DNA from: Mobula hypostoma
Taxonomy: Eukaryota
Direction: 5' to 3'
Length of the DNA: 64,000 nt
NCBI RefSeq assembly: GCF_963921235.1
Contig: NC_086106.1
Coordinates: 21,266,001-21,330,000 of the forward strand
A program made the translations under genes and the position numbers. This document shows positions 24,667 through 38,075 of this stretch, in pieces. The stretch's first letter is position 1. Each line of letters begins with the position of its first letter. Below the pieces are notes generated by a model. That model saw only the letters and a program-made list of their open reading frames with translations, was not told the DNA's origin and did not search any database.

Positions 24667-25863
24667 AAACACAAAATTATCTGCAGATGATGTGATCAAA
24701 GCAACACTTGAGTACACTGGATGAACGTAGCAGATTGGACAGCATCAGTCACAAACGATGAGTCGACGTTCCGGGCCGAAACCCTTCGTCAAGACTGAAG
24801 AATGAAAGATGGTGAAGGATTTGAAGAATGCTTGTAGCTTCAGTTGAAAGACCAGTAATTTGAAAGGCAAATGGTTGGGGGTTTGGAAGCATTGAGGTCA
24901 TAGCCCTGAAAACAATGGGTAGTAGAAGAAGGAGGCGAAAGTCTGAGTGAGCTGGGGGAGGGGGTAGAGTGAATTCGGGATTGAGGAAGGGAGGGGGAGG
25001 GAGTTACCGGACGCTGGAGATTTCTATGTTCAAACCAAAAGGCTGGAGACAACCTACACGGTATATGAGGTTTTGCTCTTCCAACCTGAGTTTAGCCTCA
25101 TTGTAGCTGTAGAGGAGGCCATGTATGGACATATCTGAATGGGAATGGGAAGCAGAGTTGAAGTTGGTGGCTACCGGGAGATCCTGTCTGTTGAGGTTGA
25201 CGGAGAGGAGGTGCTCGACGAAGCGATCCCCCAATCTGCGTGGGGTTTCACCGATGTAGATGAGGCCGCACCGGGAGCAGGGGATGCAGCAGATGACTCC
25301 AACAGACACACAAGTGAAGTGCTGTCTCACCTGAAAGGACTGTTTGGGGCCATGAATGCTTGCAGGAGATTAGCTGTAGTGACGTGTATAGCACTTACGC
25401 TTACAGGGATAAGTGCCAGGTGGGAGATCAGTGGAGATGGACGTGTGGATAAAGGAGTCGCGGAGGGACCGATCCCTCGGAAAGCGGGGACGGGTGGAAA
25501 GGGAAAGATGTGCTCAGTTGTGGGGTCTTGTTGAAGGTGGTGGAAGTTGCGGAGGATAATGTGCTGGATCAGGAAGCTGGTGGGGTGGTAGGTAAGGGCA
25601 AGGGGAACACTGTGCCTGTTGTGGTTGCGGGAGGATGGGGTCTGGGCCGAAGTGCGGGAAATGGAGGAGATGCGGGTGAGGGCATTATGGATGATGGTAG
25701 AAGGGAAAACACCATCCTTAAAGAAAGAGGACATTTCCGATGACCTGGAGCGGAATGCCTCATCCTCGGAGGAGATGCGGCGGAGACGTAGGAACAGGGA
25801 AAAGGGAATAGCATTTTTGCACGGGGCGGGGTGGGAAGAGGTATAGTTGAGTTAGTTATGAGA
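24667..25863 (-). mobile_element. Penelope-like retroelement, copy 2 (runs into an assembly gap)
   Basis: ORF 25004-25330: CSRCGLIYIGETPRRLGDRFVEH (GIY-YIG); same position as 907-2150; degenerate hammerhead at 24761-24796. Confidence 0.85.
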
Positions 25864-26023
25864 NNNNNNNNNNNNNNNNNNNNNNNNNNNNNNNNNNNNN
25901 NNNNNNNNNNNNNNNNNNNNNNNNNNNNNNNNNNNNNNNNNNNNNNNNNNNNNNNNNNNNNNNNNNNNNNNNNNNNNNNNNNNNNNNNNNNNNNNNNNNN
26001 NNNNNNNNNNNNNNNNNNNNNNN
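25864..26023. other. Assembly gap (160 N)
   Basis: Run of n. Confidence 0.99.
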
Positions 26024-27984
26024 TGAAGATATTAAAAAAAAAGAAGATACTACTATGTAGACATATACTAGTGTCTTTCAATGAGGGAATGTTTGGATAA
26101 ATAGTCTAGAGTTGTAAATTAATTGGCAGAACAAAGCCCGGTGAAGGGTCCGCAGTGTGTTCTCCTGTTTGATATTCTCTGGTTTATGTTCCTTGAGATG
26201 GAGAGTGGCAGATAGTCCGTCGTTTTGTTCTTTCTTAACTCCAAAAGTGTTATCATCATTTCATCAGTTTGGTCATGTTAAGTACATTTCCTTTGTTATA
26301 AGAATTTTCGTTTTCATGTTTTTGCAGGACTGGGGAAAACACTCTGTCAGCTTTTGTAAATTTGAGGTTGCTCATTAGCTTCTGACAACCAAAAGAAAAA
26401 TAAAAGGCACGGCCACTTATATCGTGACTCAAAGGAAGTTCAGCACCGAACTTCCACAGGGGCACAAATAAATACCTTGTGAATATACTTGAGAAATAAA
26501 TTAAACAGTTAAATTCGTTTTGAAAATTTATGAGTAGCATCTTATTATAGAATTTTTCCATGTGGTTCATGTCAAATTGCATACTTTAGAATGTGGAGAA
26601 ATACTGAGTTTCTGTAGTTACTAAGTCCGCTCTATTCCATATTAATAACATCTCACATCATTTCAAAACCGGATTCCTAGGTTGAACAGACGCATCACAA
26701 TTAATTGTCTATCGTTACTAGATCCGCCACGACTAGGAATATATGAAGGTGTAACAAAGTCTGGTTTCGTTCACAATGTATCCAAAATGCCGCTGTTGTC
26801 CTTGGCCATTTTTCAAACGACATGCCGATGTGGAGAAATAATTAGTACCTGGTGCAGGTGGAGAAATTAAATTACTGCACTTAAATGCTGGAAAATGAGA
26901 AAATTCAAGAAATAATAATTAAAGTATAGAACATTTAGAAACAATCTGCCAGCGCGGCCACCCTGAGAGATGGAAGATCTACCTGTTCCATTGTGTAAAA
27001 TACATTGCATTGTTGTATTTTTTTTTGTGAGAGAAGGACGAATGAGAAAAAGGATTGAAAAACAAGTTTACTTACAACGCCTGATGCACTATATACAAAT
27101 TTGTTGCTCTTTAATTTAGCGAAATAAGATCCATGAGAGGGGAAAGATTTTCCATGTTTGAGTTGAGAAACTGTGCGGTGAGGTGTACAAGCTTTTAAAT
27201 TGAATGCACCCCGGTGTTAATCTTCATAACCAGTCCATGCGACACACCCTAATGCTAAAGGAACTCAGCATTGACGGGAAATAGTAAACAAGCAATGTTT
27301 CAGAGATAGATACATCATCACAATATTCATGTATATATATAGCCTAATTTGTGGAGAACATCTAGCATTTTCGCTCTGTTGCTTTGGTTTTCTGCATCTG
27401 CAGATTTTCTCATGCTGCCCCAGTCGCTGTGACATGTCATTCTCGGTATTACTTATAGTTCAATCAGTGTTCATATGTGTTTTCTTCCCCCTGAGGATGT
27501 TTCTTCTACTTTGACTACATATGGTACATATGCTATCATCTTAAAATATTCTGACGGATGTCGCTTGCATTGCAGTTTATATCTGGATGTCAGGCTCATT
27601 CGCAACTGGGCGTCTCCACTGACTAAACACAGCTAAAGGTTGTGCATGATAAATAGTGACTTTCTCAAGCTTTCGACAAACAGTTTCCGTGTACCTGCAG
27701 AGTCAGTTAGCACAGAATATTTCTGAGAAGTTCCGTCAAACTTGTTTACGCAATGTGATGACCCAAGATCAGCATTCCTTCTTCTGCCACCATAACCATT
27801 TGCTGGCAACACAAATGACCGCTCTGCATCAGCGTATGTACCCTTGCCTCTACTTTTGTAATGCATGGTTACAGAGCTGCGCTGCTTTTACTTGATTTGT
27901 ACCTTTCCAAAGAAGAGCTCATTGCTGGCAATCCAAACGTGTTATTTTTTTTTTCTCTAATCTTATAGCTTCTATCTACGAAAT

Positions 27985-30760
27985 TGAATACACAAGGGTA
28001 TACGTGCTATCGAAAGGAGAGAAAGGTGGACAGCGGGGGTGGGGTGGCCCTGTTGGTGAGGAATGAGATTCAGTCCCTTGCAAGGGGGGACATAGAATCA
28101 GGAGAAGTTGAGTCAGTATGGGTAGAACATGGAACAGTATGGGCAACAAGACCCTAATAGGTGTTATCGACAGGCCCCCAAACAGTAGCATGGATATTGG
28201 GTGCAAGTTGAATAGGGAGTTAACAATAGCAGGTGGCAAAGAAAATGTCGCAGTAGTTATGGGGGATTTCAACATGCAGCTGAACTGGAAAAATCAGGTT
28301 GGTACTGGACTCTAGGATAGGGAGTTTATAGAGAGCCTACGGGATGCATTTTTGGAGCAGCTTGTATGAGAGCCGACCAGGGATAAGGCTACTCTGGATT
28401 TAGTGTTGTGCAGTGAACAGGATTTGATAAGTGATCTTGAAGAACAGGAGCCATTAGAAGGTAGTGACCATAATATGATAAGTTCTTATCTAAAAGTTGA
28501 GAAGGATAAGGGCAGATCAGAAGTGTCAGTATTACATTTGAACAAAGGAGACTCTGGAGCCATGAGGGAGGAGCTGGCCAAAGTTGACTGGTCGGATATC
28601 CTAGCAGAAGAGACAGTGGAACAGCAATGGCAGGTATTCATGGAAATAATGCACAAGGTGCAACATCAGTTCATTCCCCGGAGAAGGAAGGATTCAATGG
28701 GGGGATAGCGGCTACAGTGGTTGACAAAGGAAGTCGGATATAGCATAGCATTAAAAAAAAGATGTATAACAGAGCTAAGGCGAGTGGGAAAACGGATGAT
28801 TGGGAAATTTCTAAGGAGGAACATAACTAAAAAAGCAATACGGGGAGAAAAAAAATGAGGTATGAACGCAAGCTAGCTAGGAATATAAAGGAGGATAGTA
28901 ATATATATATATATATATATATATATTTAGGTATGTGAAGAGAAGGAAGTTACTTAAGAACAATGTTGGGCCCTTGAAGAATGAATTGGGAAAATCGTTA
29001 TGGAAAACAGAGAAATTGCATACGAATTTAATAAGAACTTTGGATCTGTCCTCTCTAGGGAAGACACAAGCAATCTCCCAGATGTATGGACGGGCCAAGG
29101 ACATAGGGTAACAGAGGAACCGAAACAGATTGACATTAGAATGGAAACGGTGATGAGCAGACTAATGGGATTGAAGGAAAACAAATCCCCACGTCCAGAA
29201 GTTCTGCATCATAGGGTACTGAAGGTGGTTGCTCTGGAAATTGCAGATGCATTGGTGATCATTTTCCAATGTTCCTTAGATTCAGGATCAGTTCCTGGGA
29301 ATTAGCGAATGGCTAATGTTTTCCCACTTTTTTTTTTAAAAAGGAGAGAGGGAGAAAACAGAGAACTATCGCCCTGTTAGCCTAAAATCAGTAGTGGGGA
29401 AGATGCTGGAGCCCATTATTAAAGATGAAATAGCGGCATATCTTGATAGCAGGAATAGGATTAGGCCGAGCCAGCATGGATTTACCAAGGGCAAATCATG
29501 CTTGCCTAATCTATTGGACTTTTTCGAGGATGTTACCATGAAGATAGACGCTGTTGATCCAGTGGCTGTTGTATACTTTCACTTTCAGAAAGCTTTTGAT
29601 AAGGTACCACATAGGAGATTGGTGGGTAAAATCAGAGCTCATGGCATTGGGGGGAGGATATTGACATGGATAGAAAACTGGTTGCCATATAAAAAGCAAA
29701 GGGTAGCAGTGAACGGGTGTTTCTCGGAATGGTACGTGGTGACTAGTGGGGTGCCACAGGGATCCGTATTGGGACCACAGCTGTTTCCCATTTACGTCAA
29801 TGATTTAGAGTTAGGCATTGTGAATAAGATCAGCAAGTTTTCTGATGATACTAAGCTGAGTGGCAGTGTGACATGTGATGAGGATGTTAGTAGAATTCAA
29901 GGTGACTTGGAGAGGCTGGGTGAGTGGAAAGAAACTTGGCAGACGGCGTTTAATATGAGTAAGTGTGAGGTTATTCACTTTGGGAGCAACAACAGGAAGG
30001 CAGATTATTATCTGAACGGTGTGGAGTTATGTAAGGGAGAAATACAAAGAGATCTAGGGGTACTTGTTCATCAGTCACTGAAGGTGAATGAACAAGTACA
30101 GCAGGCAGTGAAGAAGGCTAATGAAATGTTGGCCTTTATTACAAAGGGAATTGAGTACAAGAGCAAAGAAATCATTTTGAATTTGTACAGGGCCCTGGTG
30201 AGATCACAATTGGAGCATCGTGTGCAGTTTTGGTCTCCAGGGTTAAGGAAGCACATCCTGGCTGTGGCGGAGGTGCAGCGTAGGTTCACTAGGTTAATTC
30301 CTGCGATGTACGGACTGTCGTACGCAGAGAGGTTAGAAAGACTGGGCATGTACACGCTGGAATTAAGGAAATTCAGGGGGGATCTGATTGAGACATATCA
30401 TATTATTAAGGGATTGTACAAGATAGAGGCAGGAAGTATGTTCCAGATCCTGGGGGAGTCAAGTACCAGAGGCCATGGTTTAAGAATAAGGGGTAGGTCA
30501 TTTAAGACAGAGTTGAGGAGGACCTTCATCTCTCAGAGAGTTGTGGAGGTGTGGAACGCGCTGCCTCAGAAGGCAGTAGAGGCCAATTCTCTGAATGCTT
30601 TCAAGAATGAGCTAGATAGGTACCTTATGGATAGGGAAATCAAGGGTTATGGGGACAAGGCAGGAACCGGGTATTGATAGTAGATGATCAGCCATGGTCT
30701 CAGAATGCAGGCTTGAAGGGCCGAATGGTGTACTTCTGCACCTATTGTCTATTGTCTGTT
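27985..30760 (+). mobile_element. 5'-truncated CR1 LINE (APE part + RT), different subfamily from 4326-8530
   Basis: 427-aa RT ORF 29394-30677 (FQKAFDKVPH, GVPQGSVLGP, SKFSDDT); (CTATTGT)n tail; possible 5-bp TSD GAAAT (27980-27984 / 30761-30765). Confidence 0.93.
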
Positions 30761-30859
30761 GAAATCTCAATCAAACTTTATATATTCAACAAAACTACAC
30801 TTGAAAGCACTTCGATGAAACGGAACGGCTTTATAAATTTCGCTAGTTCACATAAGTAC

Positions 30860-30914
30860 TGACTGTAACAGTGACCCTGGTCCCGGTTCCACCTCGATGG
30901 CCAGTGTAGTAACT
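30860..30914 (-). other. NAR-TCR J segment, cassette B2 (open frame, weak donor)
   Basis: SYYTGHRGGTGTRVTVTV+A|gtactt; RSS gatttatgt-23-cacggtg (30915-30953). Confidence 0.8.
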
Positions 30915-31286
30915 CACCGTGATCCGACACTCAGTATCACTGGTACATAAATCATCCTCAACACAGTCTAATCAGCAGCCGACATTGGACTGTGTACAAC
31001 TACTGCAGACTTTTAAAACATCAACAACACCATTCAATCTTCCTGAAACTGCTTTAAAGCTACCTGTGAAAAAGACAACAATAAGATGATCGCTTTATAC
31101 ATTCCGAATGTCGGTTCCCTAAACTTCAGCAAATGTGAAAAAAAAAAAATCCGGAAAGGGGTAAAGTACAATGGAATTCACCAGATCGCAGCGTGAAAGT
31201 AAACCTAGTTATGATTCTATTTCCCGAATCCAGCAAATATACTTCTTTCGGATCTGAAAGTTTTTGTTCCATTATCCTTCGTTGTG

Positions 31287-31300
31287 CATATTCGGAAATC
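31287..31300 (-). other. NAR-TCR D segment, cassette B2 (12/12 RSS, 31259-31328)
   Basis: agtttttgt-12-cgttgtg [catattcggaaatc] cacagtg-12-ttgaaatct. Confidence 0.8.
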
Positions 31301-31677
31301 CACAGTGTTTCATGTCAGGTTGAAATCTCAGAATAGGACTGAGCTGGAGGTAACAGCTTCCCGACTACTATTCCTGCATCCATCCTGTTGGAGCAGGATG
31401 ACATCTGAAGTAAGGGTTTGGGAAGGGGAAAACTCATTATCGCTTGCTGTTCGCTATAAACTGAAATGTGAAAGGCGGTTTTGTATATGCAAATTCAGAA
31501 GAGAAGAGAAAGAGTATCAACAGGAAATTTCATGTCCCATTACAAAATATACTGTATGGAACGCAGGAGAAATGCCTCGTTGAATTACGGAGAGATTAAA
31601 TCTATTCCTTAAGCTGTTGATGGGATAAATTGCAGCGAGTATTTGAGTACAGCGGGATTCGCTTTCCAAGCTCTGTG

Positions 31678-31770
31678 TACACTCACGGAATCTGCATGTG
31701 ATGGTGAGAGACAAGCATTATATCTTCGCCACCGCTGTCGGGCTTTGGATCACTGATTTGCCGAAAAGGA
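31678..31770 (-). pseudogene. NAR-TCR V pseudogene, cassette B2, internally deleted
   Basis: 93 nt: ...AVAKI*CLSLTITCRFR|EC then CACAGAG RSS (31639-31677); 198 nt missing relative to B1/A. Confidence 0.85.
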
Positions 31771-31917
31771 CTGGAAATTAAGAACATGCAGAACGGAAGC
31801 GTCATTAGATGTGAAAAGCGCAAGACGACTAATGCTATGACTTCAGGAAATTCTTAATCTACCTGTTCAGTGTTATATCTAACTCGCATACTGCAGAGAA
31901 TTGCGTACGGTCCTCAC

Positions 31918-31960
31918 GGCGAAAGCAGATGCAGAGCGTGACATTCAAGAGGAAGTTCAT
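31918..31960 (-). pseudogene. Leader exon, cassette B2
   Basis: MNFLLNVTLCICFR+C|gtgagg. Confidence 0.8.
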
Positions 31961-32599
31961 CGCTTCGTCTCCAGGTGAGAAATGGTTTATATGACGGAGA
32001 GCTAGACTGCTGTGTTACGTTATTCCTCAGAACAGGGCAGAGGCACCTCTAACGCTTGCTGTTGTAGATTTATGTAATTGCTGCGCTCTTTCCGAATTAC
32101 CTTTTTTGCGAGAAAGCGTCTGGTTTAATGAACAATAGCTATGGTTCAGTTCCCACTCAAGCTCTTTGAAACTGATGAGAAAAGTGCTCCATGACAATTT
32201 TGAAGTCAATACCAGTAATTCTTCATCTTTTGGATAAATGCGAGATGATCAGGCATCTGCGAAAAGAAAATGAAGAAAAAAATGACACGTGCCAGGGTGA
32301 AAACATATCTCATCAAGATAACTGAGAGTGTCACTAGGTTTATAAATATATCATCAGCCATATCCAGATGTTTTCAGGGATGGAGTCAGGATGATACAGA
32401 ATGGTGGGAAAGGTGTCTGAACAACTGAATTTTATGGAACTGTGGCAGTTGGAGGCAAAGTTCATGAAATTTACGAGATCAAAAAGGGTACATGCATTAT
32501 GCCAGTAGTTACCAGATGCGGCTGTTATATTTAACCACTTCAGAGGCAACGGTTGAATAAACAGGTCATAGAGTACAAGATATTTAATTGGGATAATAC

Positions 32600-34040
32600 C
32601 ATAAGAATAAATTCACCGAGTTGATTTACTGAGTCTGGTCGGCAATACAATCATGGCTGATCCATTCTTTTTCCTCCTAAACCCTATTTTCCGGCATTCT
32701 TCCGTAATCGTTGATGTTATGTCTAATCCAAAACCTATCAATCTCTCTCTTAAATACTCCCAGCGACTTGGACATCACAGCTGCATGTTGCAATAATTTG
32801 CACATATCACCACCCCCTGGCAAAATAAATTTCTGCGCATATCTGTTTTATTTCTTTTTTTAATTGGGCGCCCCTCTATCCTGAGGCTGTGCACTCTTTT
32901 CCTAGTCTCGCCCACCAATGGAAACATCCTTTCCAAATCTACTTTGACAGGGACTTTCAACATTAGAAAGTTTTCAGTGAGATCACCTTCATCCTTTTAA
33001 ATCACAGGGAGTACAGACCCACACCAATCAAGAAAAAAAAACAGAAATCCCAGTATGTTAACTCTTTCATTCCTGGAATAACCCTTGTGAACCCACTGTG
33101 GACCATGTCCAACACCAGCACGTATTTTCCAAAATGAGCAACCGAAAACAGTTCACAATACGCAAAAAGAGACCCCACTAGTGCCTCATAAATTCTCAGC
33201 ATCACATTCCTGCAATTCCATTCTGACCTTCTGAAATGAATGCCTCATTTGATGCCGGTGCTATATCCACTCTCCTTTCTCTTTTATTTCTTACATAATT
33301 AAAAAGGGTTTCCGATCCACTTTTATAGAACCCGCTAGCTTGCTTTCATGTGCCTTATTTCCCCTTCGAATGATTCTTTTAGCTGCTCTCCGCAGCTTTT
33401 TAAACACTTTCCATTCCTCTTCTGTACCCTATTTTTTGCTTCTTTCTACGCCTATGTTTTATTTTTAGATTAGCTTTGACTTCACTTTCAGGCACGGTCG
33501 TGGAATATTGCCATTCGGGTAGTTCTTCGTGATTTGCAATACACATGTCATTCCCCATTTTACCGAGATAACCCACGCCTTTGTCACTCTGCTAACATCC
33601 CTCAGAGCAGCTTCTTCCAACTTATTTTGGCCAACACCTCTTTCGTAGCTCTGTCCTTTCTGTTGCTCCAGTGAAATAGTGCTACGCGAAAATTTATTAT
33701 CTCCCTGTCAACGTTTATTTTCTCCCTATCAAATTTCAAGTTGAAATCTATCACATTATGACCACTGGTTCCTCAGGGCTCTTTTATCTTCAGCTGCCTA
33801 ATCGCCCCCGTTCCTTACATAACAGCCAATCCTGTATAGCTGATCCCTTTGTAGGTTCAACGACAGATTGCTCTAAAGCCATCTCTTAGGCATTCAACAA
33901 TCTCATTCTCCGAATCGACCTGCATGTTAAAATCTCCCAAAGCTACCATAACATTGCTCTTTTAGTTGGGCCTTTTTCTAATTCCAACTGTAATCTGTGG
34001 TCCAAATCCCAGCTACTGTTGGAAGGACAGTATTTAACTG
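32600..34040 (-). mobile_element. Old CR1 LINE, paralogue of 10225-12670 with an internal deletion
   Basis: Colinear similarity to 10.2-10.85 kb and 11.9-12.67 kb. Confidence 0.75.
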
Positions 34041-34049
34041 AGATTATAG

Positions 34050-35712
34050 GCATGCACTCAGTTTAGGTGCTATGCAAATGTTGTCTTATGAATGCCTGGG
34101 CATGCTTAGTCAGGTTAGATGCTGGCAGAGAGGCTATAAAATCTGCTCACATTTACAGATGTTGTTTAGACACATGGTGATGCAGATGTTCTTCAGGCAA
34201 TAGCATAGTGAGTAGACTTAATTACAGGATTTATTGTCTTCAGGAACACTCAATACGGCAGAAATATCTCGCCAGTACCGCAACAGCTGCGATACATTCT
34301 GCTAGATCTGTGGCGCGTATTCGATTAAGGCTCAAAGACGCACCGTGATTGCACTTATTACGAAAGCCTATGTGCTCTAATTGGTATGTAAAATTACTGA
34401 CCGAAACAAGCATCGGTCTCCTCACATTTGTTGTGCAACATGTGTATTCAACCTGAGCGCTCGGCTGAGAGGTACTCGGAAGTCAATGCCAATGGCAGTC
34501 CCAATGATATGGCGAGAACAGAAAGATCACGTGGCTAACTGTTACTTCTGTCTGATCAATGTATCTGGCTTCTCTAATTAAAGTAACAAATCTATTGAAT
34601 ATCCCAATCTGTCTTCAGCCATGAGACCAGTGTTACATGATAACAGTTTGCCAGAACCGAACACACCAGAGACATGGAGCCTAGGTGAGACAGATGAAGA
34701 TGCCACAACGCAAGAACCAGATGTGAAAAACGACACTGATCCAGATGTTAAATCCTTTATGCCTGATTATCCTCATCGGGAACACAGCTAGAATTAAATC
34801 AGTGGTCTGGCACTTAGCTACAGCAGAAATACTTGGTTCAAAGTTGCAAGGATGCGGTTTACTGTCACCAGGTACAAAAAATTCTGTCTGTCGAAACCGT
34901 CAAGAGCATTGACAAACTTCTTTACACAAGTTGCAAACCTCTGTTTCTGTATTAACATTGATTTACTCTGACAAAGATATGTCTGTCTTCTCTTCATATA
35001 AAACACGGATTGATGAAAAATATTTTGGAAACAATGGAAAAAGACAGTGTTGAATGGCGCTATTTGAGAAAGATGTATAGAGCAATAATTCATGCCATGA
35101 TTACAAAGAGGCATTTTTGTTGGTCCACAAATCAGACAGGTCGTCAATGACAGGGAGTTCGAAGATCTGCTAGTAGGGCCAGAGAAAGTATCATGGAACG
35201 CACTTAAGGATGTTGTTAAGAATTTTCTTGGCAACTGCAGAGCACCAAACACCTTGAGATCCTTGATAACATGCTTAAAGCATACTAAAGCATGAAGGGC
35301 ATCATATTATTGGAAATTCATTTTCTGCATTCACACTTGCACTTCTTCCCTGCTGACGAACACGGTGAAAGGTTTCACCGGGACTTTGCAACCATGGAAA
35401 AGCGGTATCAGGGCAACTGGAGTCCATTAATACTGGCGGACTATTGTTGGACAATGGCTTGAGTGGCACCAGATAATGCGTACAAACTAATCTGCAAAAC
35501 ATTTTAGGCCAAGTTGAATTAAAACAATGTGTCAGCATTATTACGCAATTAAACCTGTTAAATTCAATAAAAGTTTTAGAGTTTTTCCAAGTTCTTATGT
35601 GATCCAGCAAATCTGAAATTATTTTTCTGCTCAGCATGAGATTGTCTGTCATAATTCCTATTTTTTTTTTGTTTCTGGAAGCTAAACGTTTGAAAAAATA
35701 TGTTTTCCAGTG
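34050..35712 (+). mobile_element. Chapaev3-like transposase relic, copy 2
   Basis: PHICCATC...MPMAVPMIWREQKDHVANCYFC; ends ...TTTTCCAGTG (candidate TIR end). Confidence 0.6.
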
Positions 35713-36148
35713 ACCTATTACCAGAATGTGTAATAATGGGTTCCCCTGTTTGTATGTGAATGAAGGAGCGTGGAGTAATAACGCCCGGTCTGTTTTTGTG
35801 CTTGTCTCAATAAAGCCATCATTCTATATATATAAGCTCTTCTTGTCTTTCATCTTGGGCCACATATTCGCCACAATACATTTGTTGCGGTGGCGGCTGA
35901 CGGGGGACTCTTTTGGAACTGAAAGATCTTAGAAGTGTCTTCATGTAATTAATTAGCAGTGAGTTACCCGTTAGCTGATGTTGAGGAGGGGCTGTTAGGA
36001 TGTAACATCTGCGTCATTTCGAATATGAGAGATTAGTGCAGGATTTTCAGCATCTTCTCTGCGGTCTTGCTGCTGGTACATTTTTGTACTGTTCTTTCTC
36101 ATATTTTGAAACACTGTGTAATCTACAACAGTGAGTTTGTTTTGTGTT

Positions 36149-36187
36149 TTTTTTTGTGCAGCTCGCTTCCTCTTGTCTATCACTGTG
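36149..36187 (-). promoter_or_regulatory. 23-RSS of supporting V A2
   Basis: CACAGTG-23 nt-ACAAAAAAA. Confidence 0.9.
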
Positions 36188-36493
36188 CTCCGCGGCGACT
36201 GATGGCGCATTGGTACAAAGCCGAGTCTCTCAATTGAAGTTTCAATATCTTTAACATGCTGATTTTATTTTCCCGATCGACAGAACCGAAGAAGTGTACT
36301 TCGGCAGCATTTTCCTGATCCTGATCTCCAGAAGTATGCCGCTGGAGCAGAAATTCTGGAGGCTCTGCTTGGAACTGCCGGTACCAGTGCATCGTGTATG
36401 GACAAAACCCGAAATATTCGCAGCTTACTGTGACGACGTCATCAGAATAAGAAGATTGTAGAGGAGGATTCTTGGACACCAGAGATATAGGAT
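36188..36493 (-). CDS. TRDV: Leaderless supporting TCR-delta V exon, cassette A2 (open frame)
   Basis: (D)PISLVSKNPPLQSSYSDDVVTVSCEYFGFCPYTMHWYRQFQAEPPEFL...DSALYQCAISRRG; 306 nt like A1. Confidence 0.88.
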
Positions 36494-37627
36494 CTGAAGG
36501 AATTTAAAAGAGGTATCACAATTACTATACTATCGTTACTGGTTTGGCCACTCAAAGGAATAAGTGAAGGTTTCGTACCTGCTGGTTTCGTTCACAATAT
36601 GTCCAAAATGTTTTTTGTGCACTTGGGAAGTATTTCAGCCAATCCGGGGTGGAGAAATATTTACTAGATGGTGCAGGAGGAGAATGGAAATTAATAGGAG
36701 GACAAGTGGAAAGACTGCATGAAAATGCTGGAATATGTGAAACCATGGGAATTGATGAATAAAATGTGGAACATATGTGAAATATTCGCAGAGAGCGAAC
36801 ACCCAACGAGTTGGAGGAGCTACCTACTGTATTGTGGAAACTTGTACTTTTTTTTTCTCTGTCATGTTTTTAACGGAAAGAGGATTAGTAATTCTAAAAT
36901 TTTCGGTGTGATGATTAGGTTTCCACCATCACCGGATTTCCGGTTGTATTCCCCTTCGCTGTGCCTAGTCATCCTTTTTTTTTAACACACCAGGCAGTTT
37001 CCATATGTTCTTTGTTCTTTTCTGATTCTGTTTGTTCTGCTTTTGCTGCATAATTTATATATGCTGTTATATTACATGTTCTCACGCAGTCTGACAGATT
37101 TCACTTGCATTTCAGTTTACACATAGTCGTCACACTCAAGTGTAACTTGGCGTCTCTCCTCACTATTTACATCGGCAGCTCGTGCTTGATAAAGAAAAAA
37201 AAAGAAAAAAAAAGCAACCATACGTTCTTAACCTTCCTGCCTGCAGTTTCTGTGGATCTATACTGAACAATCTCTCAGTGAAGGACACCCCTGAGAAGTT
37301 CCGTCAAACTTGATAGCCCGAGGTGCTGATCCAAGATCAGCATTGCTTCTGCTGTCCCCAGAACAGCTGAGACAAAAGAAAGCCACGCTCTGCATATGGG
37401 AGTGAACCCCTGCGTCTCCTTTCGCACTTCTTGGTTACAGGTATGCGCTGTTTTCACTTTCATGTTACCTTTCCTAAGACGAGGGCATGGTTGGCATTCT
37501 AAACGTGTTCGCTGCATCAAGCCTAATATAGCTTCTATAACAGAAATATCAATCAAATTTACATTTTTTGCTATACTGCTCTAGCATGCAGATTGAAAAA
37601 GAAGCTTTATAAAGTCGAAATTCTTAC

Positions 37628-37685
37628 CGACTGTGACGGTGACAGTAGACCCGGTTCCGTCTTCATAGTCAGTTCCGTAGTAACA
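37628..37685 (-). CDS. NAR-TCR J segment, cassette A2
   Basis: CYYGTDYEDGTGSTVTVTV+G|gtaaga; RSS gattcttgt-23-cacggtg (37686-37724). Confidence 0.88.
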
Positions 37686-38060
37686 CACCGTGATCCGACG
37701 CTTAATCTCACTGGTACAAGAATCATCCTCAACTCAGTCTATTCATCAGCTATCATCGGACAGTGTAGAAACTTTCCAGATTTTTAACGCAAGTACGACG
37801 GCATTCAGTGTTCTACAAACACAATTGAAGCTAACCATGCGAAAAAATCTCTGTAAAATGGGCTCATCATAGTTTGCGTAAGACGGTTCGCTAAACTGCA
37901 GTAAATGTCAACAAAAAAAAAAAATCCTGTAAGGGGCAAAGTACAATGGAGTTTAACTGATCACAGTTCAAATGCAATGTAGCATATGAATTGATTCCCC
38001 TACTACAGAATATAAATTTTAACGGGGCCAGAATTTTTTGTTTGATTATATTCCGTTGTG

Positions 38061-38075
38061 TCCACTCCAGTCATC
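38061..38075 (-). other. NAR-TCR D segment, cassette A2 (12/12 RSS, 38033-38103)
   Basis: attttttgt-12-cgttgtg [tccactccagtcatc] cacactg-12-ttcaaattg; D = GATGACTGGAGTGGA (DDWSG / MTGV). Confidence 0.83.

Noticed and set aside
25569-26100. ORFs 25569-26081, 25831-26100, 46066-46461 and 46168-46395
   Set aside because: They exist only because they read through N runs.
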